Sequence record: NC_010821.1
Length of the DNA: 64,000 nucleotides
Direction: 5' to 3' (one strand)
Under the pieces are notes generated by a model. It saw only the letters and a list, made by a program, of their open reading frames with translations, did not search any database and was not told the origin of the DNA. Positions 54,858 through 63,710 of this stretch are shown here, in pieces (position 1 is the stretch's first letter; each line of letters opens with the position of its first letter). The translations under genes were made by a program, and so were the position numbers.

Positions 54858-54887
54858 CTCTACATATAGTACTAAAGCTAGTATTGT

Positions 54888-55601
54888 TTAACCGCTAACG
54901 TATTCTAAAACTGGGCGCCAGCCCCTGATACGATCGCTGTTCGCTACACCACTAAATGGATATATTCCACGAACGTTACTGTTGCCATTACCTCGGGCAA
55001 TTTGCAATCCAGTTGACGTAGTTTCTTGAATGATGGCGCTTACACCGTCAGATGTAGTTGGGGCTAACCCGAGGTCGCCGATACTGTAGCTGGCGAGGGC
55101 AGGTCCCTCTAAAGCTGCGGCTCCAACCACGGTGGACATTAAACCATACATCAGTTTGTTCCATTCTGTGCCATTCCCATATGGGATGCCATCGTCAACG
55201 TTTGCGCTTCCAGGATATGGGTTAACGTTACATGCATTTATTAATCGCACTCGATATACCTTACCTAAAATCGTGATAAGTTTATTTTGTGCTGCTGTGA
55301 CAATACCTAAGTTATTCATTGTTGCCCATGGTAGGTTAGCACGGGCTGCGCGTTTAGGCATATATTGGACATTCCCGTTATACGCCATTTTAAGCCATCC
55401 CTCGGTAGGATATGGGTTAGTACCAGTTGTGATACCCACCGCTGTAGCCAAGGCCGCGTAGGTGATAAACTCACTTGAACTTACCTCACCGAAGAATCCA
55501 ATAGTCGAGTTCCCTGTTTTAAGTGATTGAGGGCCTGGTAATCCTTCTGGCCAATTACCGCCGCTCGAGGAGCCGCCAGTAGTCATTAGTAAGTCGATCA
55601 T
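54888..55601 (-). CDS. putative virion protein, single copy of the GFFGEV...GWRPVLE domain
   Basis: ORF 54888..55640; start 55601 matches the MIDL start of 59305 and lies downstream of TATGTA (55621-55626). Confidence 0.7.
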   Translation of the reverse strand: MIDLLMTTGGSSSGGNWPEGLPGPQSLKTGNSTIGFFGEVSSSEFITYAALATAVGITTGTNPYPTEGWLKMAYNGNVQYMPKRAARANLPWATMNNLGIVTAAQNKLITILGKVYRVRLINACNVNPYPGSANVDDGIPYGNGTEWNKLMYGLMSTVVGAAALEGPALASYSIGDLGLAPTTSDGVSAIIQETTSTGLQIARGNGNSNVRGIYPFSGVANSDRIRGWRPVLEYVSG

Positions 55602-55669
55602 TTTAGTAATCCTGAATAAATACATAGAATAGCACGTCATAAGACCTCCCCTTTCGGGGAGACCTATAT

Positions 55670-55882
55670 TTAACGACAGTGTCTCGACATTGGATCAACT
55701 ACGGCTGCAACACATGGTTGATATGGGATACCCAACTCGATACATTTTTCACGGAGGGTAGTATCCGCAGCAATAGCGGCTTTGATTAGCTCCATCGAAC
55801 GCTTCTGTTGTGCCCGACGTTCTTCGATGGGGGTGTTGTTTACCACTTCACGCAGTTTGGTGATATTCAGTACAGGGATCAT
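55670..55882 (-). CDS. small hypothetical protein
   Basis: ORF track; terminator-like hairpin at 55646-55661. Confidence 0.65.
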   Translation of the reverse strand: MIPVLNITKLREVVNNTPIEERRAQQKRSMELIKAAIAADTTLREKCIELGIPYQPCVAAVVDPMSRHCR

Positions 55883-55883
55883 A

Positions 55884-56729
55884 TTAACCTACGAAAACGA
55901 TACGGGTATTAATGCGACCGAGCTTAGCGAACAGTCGATAGAGTTTGGTAAGGTTCAGTTGGTCCGAAGTAAGATAACGATGCGCATTGAAGATTACCAG
56001 CAGATTGAAATTACGCTGGAACTCTGGGATCTGGATAAGCTCACGTGCGAGATACTTAGATTCCATCAACCACTTGGATGGTTCTACAACGTCAGACGTA
56101 TACGCACAATCGTCATCAAGATCAGGCAACGCTACAATGTCACCACCTGAGGCGTTGAAGAAGTCAATTACCTTACGTGGACTCATACGGTAGTCTTCGC
56201 ACAAACCTTCCTCGATCACGGTTTGAGTTCTGTGTGCAAGACCCATGAGTTTGTTAAGTGCCGGGGTTTCTACTTTATCAGGTTCGAGATAGTTGGATGC
56301 GTCCAACATCACTACTTCATCAGGCTTCAAAGCGTTAATGTGTTTACGGATATTTACCATTTGATCACGGGTGAATTCACCTGCAATAAAAGAGGCGTTA
56401 GAGCGGATCTCTTGCCATGTAGGCTCTACATCAAGGTAGGCTACATCAACTGGCCCTTCGTAACAATCAAATGCTTGGATAGCCAGATGTGCAATGACTT
56501 CTGCTGCCGTAGATGTGCGGTCTATACCTCTTGCTTGGATGCCATAATCATCTGGATCAGATTGTTCAAAGTAATGGTGAATCGCGTCAATGGAGTGGAG
56601 GTAACTGGTATCGAATATACGTGCACCATCCGCATAACTAAGTGTGCCTTCGATATAAGATGTTGGATCGTATTTTACAGGCGTAATGTCTGGTGCGCAA
56701 TCAGCGCTCTTTTCAGCTATTGTACTCAT
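55884..56729 (-). CDS. acidic hypothetical protein
   Basis: AGGA SD; 281 aa. Confidence 0.8.
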   Translation of the reverse strand: MSTIAEKSADCAPDITPVKYDPTSYIEGTLSYADGARIFDTSYLHSIDAIHHYFEQSDPDDYGIQARGIDRTSTAAEVIAHLAIQAFDCYEGPVDVAYLDVEPTWQEIRSNASFIAGEFTRDQMVNIRKHINALKPDEVVMLDASNYLEPDKVETPALNKLMGLAHRTQTVIEEGLCEDYRMSPRKVIDFFNASGGDIVALPDLDDDCAYTSDVVEPSKWLMESKYLARELIQIPEFQRNFNLLVIFNAHRYLTSDQLNLTKLYRLFAKLGRINTRIVFVG

Positions 56730-56818
56730 TTCTGTATCCTATTCCCTTCAGGGATGTGGTGTCAGTTATGTAGCGAAACTGCTACACATGGTACCCACTG
56801 TAGTATTTTTACGTCATA

Positions 56819-56853
56819 AAACCCACAACCTAGTTAGACTAAGCTGTGGGTTT
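56819..56853 (-). terminator. terminator-like hairpin
   Basis: AAACCCACA...TGTGGGTTT followed by TATGACGT on the - strand. Confidence 0.6.
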
Positions 56854-56926
56854 CACGAAGACTTACTAAAAAATCAAGTAATTCAAGGTGTTACATATAA
56901 TTGCTTATTTTGCGGGGACTTTATGA

Positions 56927-59233
56927 TCATGAATCTTTAACTGATTTTTCGATCAATTGGAATACTGCCATGATGTAGGGCTGGAGTTTATGGAACTCAA
57001 CGCCAACTCTACGCAAGTCATAGGTACGCTCCATTGCTTTCTCATATAGATCTGCAAACTTAGGATCTTTAACCTGATTATACATCTCGCTGTAGTTGGA
57101 CTTACCTACGTATTTCCAATCCATCCAAGCCGGGGTGTTAATAAAATTATCATTCCAGCGTTTAACGAAGGTTAGGTCTGCTCCCAGTGTATCGAACAGC
57201 GCGTGCAGCGTTTTAGCTTTAGCAACAACCTCTTCGGGGGTCAGTGTCTTAACTTCTCCAGGTTGTGGTTTCGCTTTAGGTATTTCAACCTCAGGTGCTT
57301 TCAGTTGACGAGTGGCCTTCATTATAGTAATGGCTTTCTCGACGTTAGCTGAATTATCGAGCTGCTTACGTTTGATCATATCCATAACCGTTTCCATGTT
57401 ATTGAATGCCTGTTCCGCTACCTTGTGATGTTCCACTCGGTTGGCTTGACAAGCCTTAATAAACTCTGGAACAACAGTATCATACTCACTCAACAAGTTA
57501 GCACCATCTACAGTGACCGTCGCCTTATCTGCTTGGCCATGGGTTTTTACCCAATTGAGGTTAGTGTACTTCTTAACTTCTTCCTGAAGTGACTGTAGGA
57601 ATCCCTTACCTACGGTATCGTAAATCGCGGTATCCTTACCCTTCGTGAAGAACTTTTTTATTGAGCTAAGTAGGTCTTCCGTAGATGGTACTGTAGGCAT
57701 AGACTCATAGTTCTCAATCGATACCTGTACCACTGGTTGGAACGTTTCCAATCCAACGGTCATTATTTTACGGGCTACTGGATCTAGCCCATCTGGGCCT
57801 GCCAGTTCAATTTGTTGTTTATATCGGTTTAATGTCTGGCACATATAGTCTTTACCCTGTCTTTGTTTATAGTTTTCACCACTGATAATTGAATCTCCTT
57901 TAATAGACACATCCAAATACCTTACCAACCCAACAATAGCGTCCCAGTAAATACGGTTTGCAATCATCCCACTGCTGTGCGTTGTACCAGTAGTATTAGG
58001 ACTTAAGATATCCCAGATCAGGGAGTACCAGTCACCGTAAGGCACTTTACCGTAGTCTTTAGGTTCCATGGTGTAGACCATATCATGCATGACGTCGGGC
58101 CAATTATCTGGTGCACCAGTCATGTTCGTCTTGAACTCATCAATCGAACGTTGTACATCAGAGGCTACTTGAAGTGCACCCGCCTCGTCAAGCGCGGGGA
58201 TTGGTCGATCATCGACAGTGTATACAAAATCCACCCGTTTCGGATTTTCATGTTTTACACCGTTGCCCACGATAGGTTTTGTAGGATATTTAATATCATG
58301 GTTTTCCATTGGGATCTTATCTACCAAAGCTCTGGCTTCGGCGTAGACCTCCGGTGAAAGCTTTCGCGAATTCTTAATCAATAGGTCTGCTGCGGGTTTG
58401 GTCTTCTGACGCCAACTGTCCGTAACGGATTTAACTTTTGCGCGAGTGGCGAGGAATGCATCCAGTTGCTTCTTAGCACCAGCAATATCGACCTTACCGT
58501 CTTTACCAATATACTTAAGTACGCTTTTCCCACTCACATCACCTTTGATGTAAGTCTGGTCTTTTAGCCAGGCGGGCCGAATTATATCTCGCTCAATATG
58601 CTGGATTATACTCCAACCAAATGTGTTGTCAATAAACAGCTTCTGCGCGGATTTATTTGACATCCCGAAGAATTTCTTTACATCGGCAATCAACCCCTCA
58701 TTACTGATAGTGTTGCTCATCATGGTATTCCTAAATGATTGTAGGAGTTGGAGTCGACGATAACCTTCAGGGTTATAGTGTTCCATACCCGGTTTAATTG
58801 TAATGGTACCTTTATAGTTACGACCAGCATAGTTGGCCTGAACTATTCGGGTGATGTAAGAGTTAAGTCCTTTTCCAGCCATGGCTAGTCGACGCATGTA
58901 ATCGAGTTGTTCTCGTTCAGTAGACTTCAACGTATACAGATAGCGTGAACCATCTGAGAACATTACTACCAGCCAGTCTTCGCCATGATCATAACCACGG
59001 ATACTGGAGTTACCTCCAATGTTGGCATACTCGAATGTATGTCGATGGACTTCCAATAGTTCTGCTAAAGCTGTTGGTGTAACACCTAGCTCTTCGGTGA
59101 GCTCTTCGTCCACCTCAGGCCAGAATGTTGTGCTAACATCATCCCAGTACTGCTTAACTGTATCGAATGCATCCTCATTAGAGACGCTTGGTCGATAAGT
59201 GAGCTTGTGAATCAGTCGTTCTAATCTTTTCAT
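56927..59233 (-). CDS. putative internal head (ejection) protein, multi-module
   Basis: Two modules beginning ISNEGLIADVKKFFG and STEDLLSSIKKFFT; several S-x-E sites; N-terminal KTSC-like segment. Confidence 0.7.
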   Translation of the reverse strand: MKRLERLIHKLTYRPSVSNEDAFDTVKQYWDDVSTTFWPEVDEELTEELGVTPTALAELLEVHRHTFEYANIGGNSSIRGYDHGEDWLVVMFSDGSRYLYTLKSTEREQLDYMRRLAMAGKGLNSYITRIVQANYAGRNYKGTITIKPGMEHYNPEGYRRLQLLQSFRNTMMSNTISNEGLIADVKKFFGMSNKSAQKLFIDNTFGWSIIQHIERDIIRPAWLKDQTYIKGDVSGKSVLKYIGKDGKVDIAGAKKQLDAFLATRAKVKSVTDSWRQKTKPAADLLIKNSRKLSPEVYAEARALVDKIPMENHDIKYPTKPIVGNGVKHENPKRVDFVYTVDDRPIPALDEAGALQVASDVQRSIDEFKTNMTGAPDNWPDVMHDMVYTMEPKDYGKVPYGDWYSLIWDILSPNTTGTTHSSGMIANRIYWDAIVGLVRYLDVSIKGDSIISGENYKQRQGKDYMCQTLNRYKQQIELAGPDGLDPVARKIMTVGLETFQPVVQVSIENYESMPTVPSTEDLLSSIKKFFTKGKDTAIYDTVGKGFLQSLQEEVKKYTNLNWVKTHGQADKATVTVDGANLLSEYDTVVPEFIKACQANRVEHHKVAEQAFNNMETVMDMIKRKQLDNSANVEKAITIMKATRQLKAPEVEIPKAKPQPGEVKTLTPEEVVAKAKTLHALFDTLGADLTFVKRWNDNFINTPAWMDWKYVGKSNYSEMYNQVKDPKFADLYEKAMERTYDLRRVGVEFHKLQPYIMAVFQLIEKSVKDS

Positions 59234-59304
59234 AATATACTCAATATGGCGTTGAGATGACCTATGCTATATACAATGTTTTTAAAGCCCACAGGTAAAG
59301 TAAA

Positions 59305-60564
59305 ATGATTGACCTAATGTTAAGTTTAGTTCAAAAGCCAGCGATCGAGGAAGATGATTCCGGGTTACCTTTCCCAGCTGGTACGCCGTTTAAAGGTGTA
59401 GTGAAGTCAGCTGATTTTATTAATGGTACTAGTTTGGCTGGACTACTCGGTATAACGGCCGGTACCCCTATTAACACCAACTCGGGCTGGTTACATTTTG
59501 TAGAGGACAACGGCTACAACATCTACATTGCTAAGAAACCGTTAAGATACGGGCTGACGTGGGAAGCCATTAACACGGGTCAGACGGATAAAGAGATTGT
59601 GATTGGTGGCACCACTTACACCGTGCAGTTTATGACGGGTACTAAAGCGGCAAACCAACCAGCAGTTGTTGCAAGTGGTGGTGGTCAATGGGACCGCTAC
59701 ATGTATAATATCTACGGTGGTGAATTAGCCAGTTCGCTTCCATCCACCCGTTTAAATTGGGGTAGTTACACTGAGAAGATGCTTGGTATCCCGTTGATCT
59801 CTGAAGCTCAAAACGTTAACACTCTACCATTCGGTTGTGCCAGTTACACACTGTATACATCAAGTAATGGCGGGCATGCCACTCGTGGTCTCCGCTACCC
59901 GCTTGGTACAGGTACTCCAGAAATCATGGGTGTGTGGTGGGGTGGCGCCAGTAACTTCGAGACGCATTACGGCTGGAGGCCAATGCTTGTTGAGAAAGGT
60001 ACTGTACCGCCAATTGAGGAAACACCTTACAAGGGATTGATCCAGCCAGCTGACCTAATCTCACCAGCTGACCTTTCGACATTACTAGGTATCACTGAAG
60101 GTCAGATCGTTTCTGGTGCAGGTCAATGGATGAAGTTTGTTGAGAATGGTAAAGAACTCTATATCGCACAGAAATCTTTCAGGTCATCTATTCGTAAGAA
60201 AACGCTTGACGCTGCCGGTGTGAGTAATGTGGCGGCAGGTAAGTTGGTAACGATTGGTGGTAAGAACTATCAGTGCCGTCTAATGACTGATGCTGAATGG
60301 AACAGATACATGTATTCAGTGTATAACAACGCTATAACTGTAGTGAATACCAATTTCTGGGCAATGTACACTCCTGCCGAATTAAACGTTTCTACTGGTG
60401 CAGCGTCCGCTGGTACGTTATCGTACATATATGGTAACCCGGCGAGTACGGGCACTCGTGGATTCACGGGGATCGGTAACTCGTGGGGTGTGGCCGACTG
60501 GGCTGATGGTGGTACCGCGGTTCCAGGCTATGGCTGGAGACCAGTGCTTGAGTTGGTTCCATAA
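59305..60564 (+). CDS. putative virion protein with two tandem copies of the GWRPVLE domain
   Basis: Repeat 1 ends YGWRPMLVE, repeat 2 ends YGWRPVLEL; both contain GWxxFVE.NG...YIAxK and WxRYMY. Confidence 0.75.
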   Translation: MIDLMLSLVQKPAIEEDDSGLPFPAGTPFKGVVKSADFINGTSLAGLLGITAGTPINTNSGWLHFVEDNGYNIYIAKKPLRYGLTWEAINTGQTDKEIVIGGTTYTVQFMTGTKAANQPAVVASGGGQWDRYMYNIYGGELASSLPSTRLNWGSYTEKMLGIPLISEAQNVNTLPFGCASYTLYTSSNGGHATRGLRYPLGTGTPEIMGVWWGGASNFETHYGWRPMLVEKGTVPPIEETPYKGLIQPADLISPADLSTLLGITEGQIVSGAGQWMKFVENGKELYIAQKSFRSSIRKKTLDAAGVSNVAAGKLVTIGGKNYQCRLMTDAEWNRYMYSVYNNAITVVNTNFWAMYTPAELNVSTGAASAGTLSYIYGNPASTGTRGFTGIGNSWGVADWADGGTAVPGYGWRPVLELVP

Positions 60565-60574
60565 TAACATAAAC

Positions 60575-60640
60575 GCCTCTCCTTTACGGGAGAGGCTTTA
60601 TGCCGTAACGGGAAATAAAGTCCTACCCGAAGGTAGGACC
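60575..60640. terminator. back-to-back terminators for convergent genes
   Basis: GCCTCTCC..GGAGAGGC-TTTATGCCGT (+) and GGTCCTACC-TTCG-GGTAGGAC-TTTAT (-). Confidence 0.75.
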
Positions 60641-60751
60641 ATATTCATCAACCAACACTAAAGGAGAGACCAAATCATGCAACACCAAGCAATCAATGGA
60701 GCAACGAATGCATCGCTACATAACATGGGTAAAATTTATCCTTTAGGTTAC

Positions 60752-61912
60752 TTACAAATCGAAATCAAATTTGTCTTGTTCATTGGACGTATTGATAACG
60801 TTCACCATGTAAGAGTTCAAATCGACCTCTTGAGCTGCCGATTGGTTTGCCCCAAGATCGAGGTATTCTACCATGTATGGCAGTGGGTTCTTATCAGGGA
60901 ACTCTAATTCAAAGCCGGTGGTGGCCAAGAACTCTGCACGCATCTCGTCAGTGATACCGTCTTTATGACCAGTGAAGGTGCCGGCAGCATTGCAGTTGAA
61001 CAGTACCCATTGAACCATCTTCTTCAGGGTGACGCCCGGTAGTTCACGACCTTCAGAGAACAGGTAGATCAACCAGTTCACTTCGGACATCAGGATTTCC
61101 CAGAACAACTTAATGCATTCTGCTTTCGTGTCTTCGTATGCAATCAACCCACGCTCTGTTTTGAGCAGTGCTTTAATCACTTCCTGACCGAACTGTGCAT
61201 GGATCTCGTATTCGTCTTGAGCGATCTTCTGGACACCCATAACGATCGGTTGGAACATACCCAGCTTACCCAAAGCAAACGTTACAGCAAAGGATGCCAT
61301 GAACTGAATACGCTCAAGGTAGTACAGAGCCATGAAGAACTTAAAGATCTTGTTGTAGAGAGCTTGATCGTTGGGGATCGTACGGCAAGCATAGGCGTGA
61401 GAAGCATCATGTGCTTCACCCATGATCTTAGCCACAGTTACCAGACGTTGCTGTGCTTCTTCTACACGCAGGATCTCCTCCAGAATAACCTGTGGATCTT
61501 TGAAAGAGTTACGAACGATCTCAGAGTAAGTCAGGGCATGAAGGTTTTCGTTATCGTTAATACGGACATAGCCTGCCCATACACGTGAGTCAGTCAGTAC
61601 TGGACCCAGAATGTTGACGATAGCGCGAGATGCCGTAGCGTCAGCTTCCCATTGCCATGCTAGGGTCTTGATCATCATGTCGTAGAACTGTTTATCGCAG
61701 GTCTCGAATTCGTGCAAGCAGTCGCCGTATGGGAATTCGTTTTCATCCCAGTCCATACTACGCAGACGCTTATAAAGATCAAACAGAGCTGGGTGGTGGT
61801 TGTGGATCGAGTCAAACAAGCCCGGCTCTTGACCCAGAATAATTTCAGGGGAATTGTAATCAGTCTTGGTGTTGTTGAAGATCTTGATTGGAAGGTCTAC
61901 TTTCTTGGACAT
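60752..61912 (-). CDS. nrdB: ribonucleotide-diphosphate reductase class Ia beta subunit
   Basis: WEAD, ENLH followed by radical-site TY, LERIQFMASF, DEYEIH, C-terminal AAQEVDLNSY. Confidence 0.93.
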   Translation of the reverse strand: MSKKVDLPIKIFNNTKTDYNSPEIILGQEPGLFDSIHNHHPALFDLYKRLRSMDWDENEFPYGDCLHEFETCDKQFYDMMIKTLAWQWEADATASRAIVNILGPVLTDSRVWAGYVRINDNENLHALTYSEIVRNSFKDPQVILEEILRVEEAQQRLVTVAKIMGEAHDASHAYACRTIPNDQALYNKIFKFFMALYYLERIQFMASFAVTFALGKLGMFQPIVMGVQKIAQDEYEIHAQFGQEVIKALLKTERGLIAYEDTKAECIKLFWEILMSEVNWLIYLFSEGRELPGVTLKKMVQWVLFNCNAAGTFTGHKDGITDEMRAEFLATTGFELEFPDKNPLPYMVEYLDLGANQSAAQEVDLNSYMVNVINTSNEQDKFDFDL

Positions 61913-62337
61913 TATACTGCGCTCTTAGTTTTGAAGAATTCGTTTTCGTAGTAGTCTTTCATTGTTACTTGTTCAGTCCAGTTACCTACTGGAGCTAGGA
62001 CGACACCGAAGTACTGGTACTGACCTTCCAGTAATTCAATCTCGTTCACTGATTCATACGTCCATTGTTCTGCAAGCAGATGTGATTGGGCATTAGGAAT
62101 GGCTTTGAGGACCTCAAAGATATTGTGGCCGTCGGTTTTAATCACGTAATGAGGGTAGGGATCGAAACGTCCAGTTTTTTCTCGATTAGGATCGATTAGT
62201 TGGATTTCAAATTCATGGGACTGATCCAGTTTAACGTATCCAAATTCGGTATACAGTGCTACCACAACGCGGTCGCCATGTTCATTAAGCCATCGCTGAA
62301 CGTTGTCATCACCTTTAACTAGTTTAATTGTAGCCAT
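61912..62337 (-). CDS. hypothetical protein
   Basis: TAATG coupling to nrdB; AAGGA SD. Confidence 0.75.
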   Translation of the reverse strand: MATIKLVKGDDNVQRWLNEHGDRVVVALYTEFGYVKLDQSHEFEIQLIDPNREKTGRFDPYPHYVIKTDGHNIFEVLKAIPNAQSHLLAEQWTYESVNEIELLEGQYQYFGVVLAPVGNWTEQVTMKDYYENEFFKTKSAV

Positions 62338-62411
62338 TGTAGAATCCTTGAAATTGATTTGTCTGTATTAGATACAGCTTGTAAGTAAATTATTGAAAGT
62401 CATTTAAAGCC

Positions 62412-62419
62412 TATATTAC
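62412..62419 (+). promoter_or_regulatory. early promoter motif TATATTAC
   Basis: Exact motif within TTTAAAGCCTATATTAC in a divergent intergenic region. Confidence 0.7.
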
Positions 62420-62522
62420 TACTGGGTAATACCGTTAGTACTATTTGTCACATCCTAGCTATGTGATGGTCTAAACTTACAGAGGACTCATTATGATCCA
62501 TAATACAGCTTGAGGTTACAAT

Positions 62523-62855
62523 ATGTTTGCAAGACTTCGCGCCACAGGTAAGGCGGTTATTCCGACAGCGTCGATGAATCACGACATAAAGTGCATAGTG
62601 AACGGAGCAGCAACTCCGTTCACTATGGCTAACGACGAGGTTCATTGCTTTGGACTATTCGACTCGCGTGATCGATTAGTGGGGTACTTCGGAAATCAAG
62701 GATTAGTCCCTGAAATACGAGATGCCACTTATATCGATGGGTTTATGGAACCGATGGTAACAGATGCGCCGGAAGGTTGCTATGTTAAATCGGTATCCAG
62801 ATTTTACAAATCAGTAGACCCTAAGATCTACTATAAGGTACGCACTTTACATTAA
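62523..62855 (+). CDS. hypothetical protein
   Basis: GAGGT SD. Confidence 0.7.
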   Translation: MFARLRATGKAVIPTASMNHDIKCIVNGAATPFTMANDEVHCFGLFDSRDRLVGYFGNQGLVPEIRDATYIDGFMEPMVTDAPEGCYVKSVSRFYKSVDPKIYYKVRTLH

Positions 62856-62888
62856 GGTGTAGTAAAACCGTAGTGCACTGTTAGCGCA

Positions 62889-63329
62889 GTGCATTACACT
62901 ACATATCATTGCAATATGAGTAATTCTTTTATGACCGAAATTAAACAGTTGGATCTCAGTATCCTTAAACGCGAGCAGTTCGAGAACAAGCGTAGTTACG
63001 ATAACGCGGTGTGGTATCTCGAACATTTGAACGACCTCGTGATGCTCCACAACTCAGGATACATTCTGTTCTATAAAGACCGTATCTTCATTCCTGAATT
63101 GAAGGTTAGCTATTACGCTGTCGATGATGCCCCATTTGATGGCGAAGATGGTGAATTCGAAAAGACCGGTGAGGTTAGATTTATCGGTTTCGGTCCAGCT
63201 GGGTTGATCGGTATTACTCGCTGCCTTAAGAAAGGACGTATCTACGTTTCCAAGCGCGAAGCTAAGGAATACCTCAAGGCTATCCAAGTTGTTCATAAAC
63301 CCGACTTCCATAACTTTCTGGATCTGTAA
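62889..63329 (+). CDS. hypothetical protein (paralog of next)
   Basis: ORF track; true start probably downstream. Confidence 0.7.
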   Translation: MHYTTYHCNMSNSFMTEIKQLDLSILKREQFENKRSYDNAVWYLEHLNDLVMLHNSGYILFYKDRIFIPELKVSYYAVDDAPFDGEDGEFEKTGEVRFIGFGPAGLIGITRCLKKGRIYVSKREAKEYLKAIQVVHKPDFHNFLDL

Positions 63330-63332
63330 ATC

Positions 63333-63698
63333 ATGGCTAAGCTGAAACTACTTAATACCAAAGACATCACCGCTGAAATGTTCGACAGTGAACGTAGCTT
63401 TATGGCGGGTATGTTCGCGATCAATGTCTGCAACAAAATCATTGAGCGCGCGAATGCTGGTAACATCGTATTCCATTTCGAACAACTGGTGAAACCGGAA
63501 TTCGAACTCCGCTGGGAAGGTGATAAGTTCCTAGGTCTTTACCTGAAGGACTTTGAAAATGCTTGGGTTCAAATTGTTGGTGATCACACTAACGATGGTA
63601 AAATTGTCTGTCGTAAGTATGACATTCGTGACTTCTTTAAGTTGTGGCGTGTGGCAGAAATTAAAAACGTTTACAAAGTATCTGACCTGACTCGATAA
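63333..63698 (+). CDS. hypothetical protein (paralog of previous)
   Basis: ORF track. Confidence 0.75.
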   Translation: MAKLKLLNTKDITAEMFDSERSFMAGMFAINVCNKIIERANAGNIVFHFEQLVKPEFELRWEGDKFLGLYLKDFENAWVQIVGDHTNDGKIVCRKYDIRDFFKLWRVAEIKNVYKVSDLTR

Positions 63699-63710
63699 GG
63701 AACCACTGCT

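Noticed and set aside
60677-60907. 76-aa + strand ORF with an AAGGAG upstream
   Set aside because: It overlaps the nrdB 3' end antisense and lies beyond convergent terminators. A 22-aa hydrophobic - strand ORF following nrdB fits the transcription unit better, but is too short to call.
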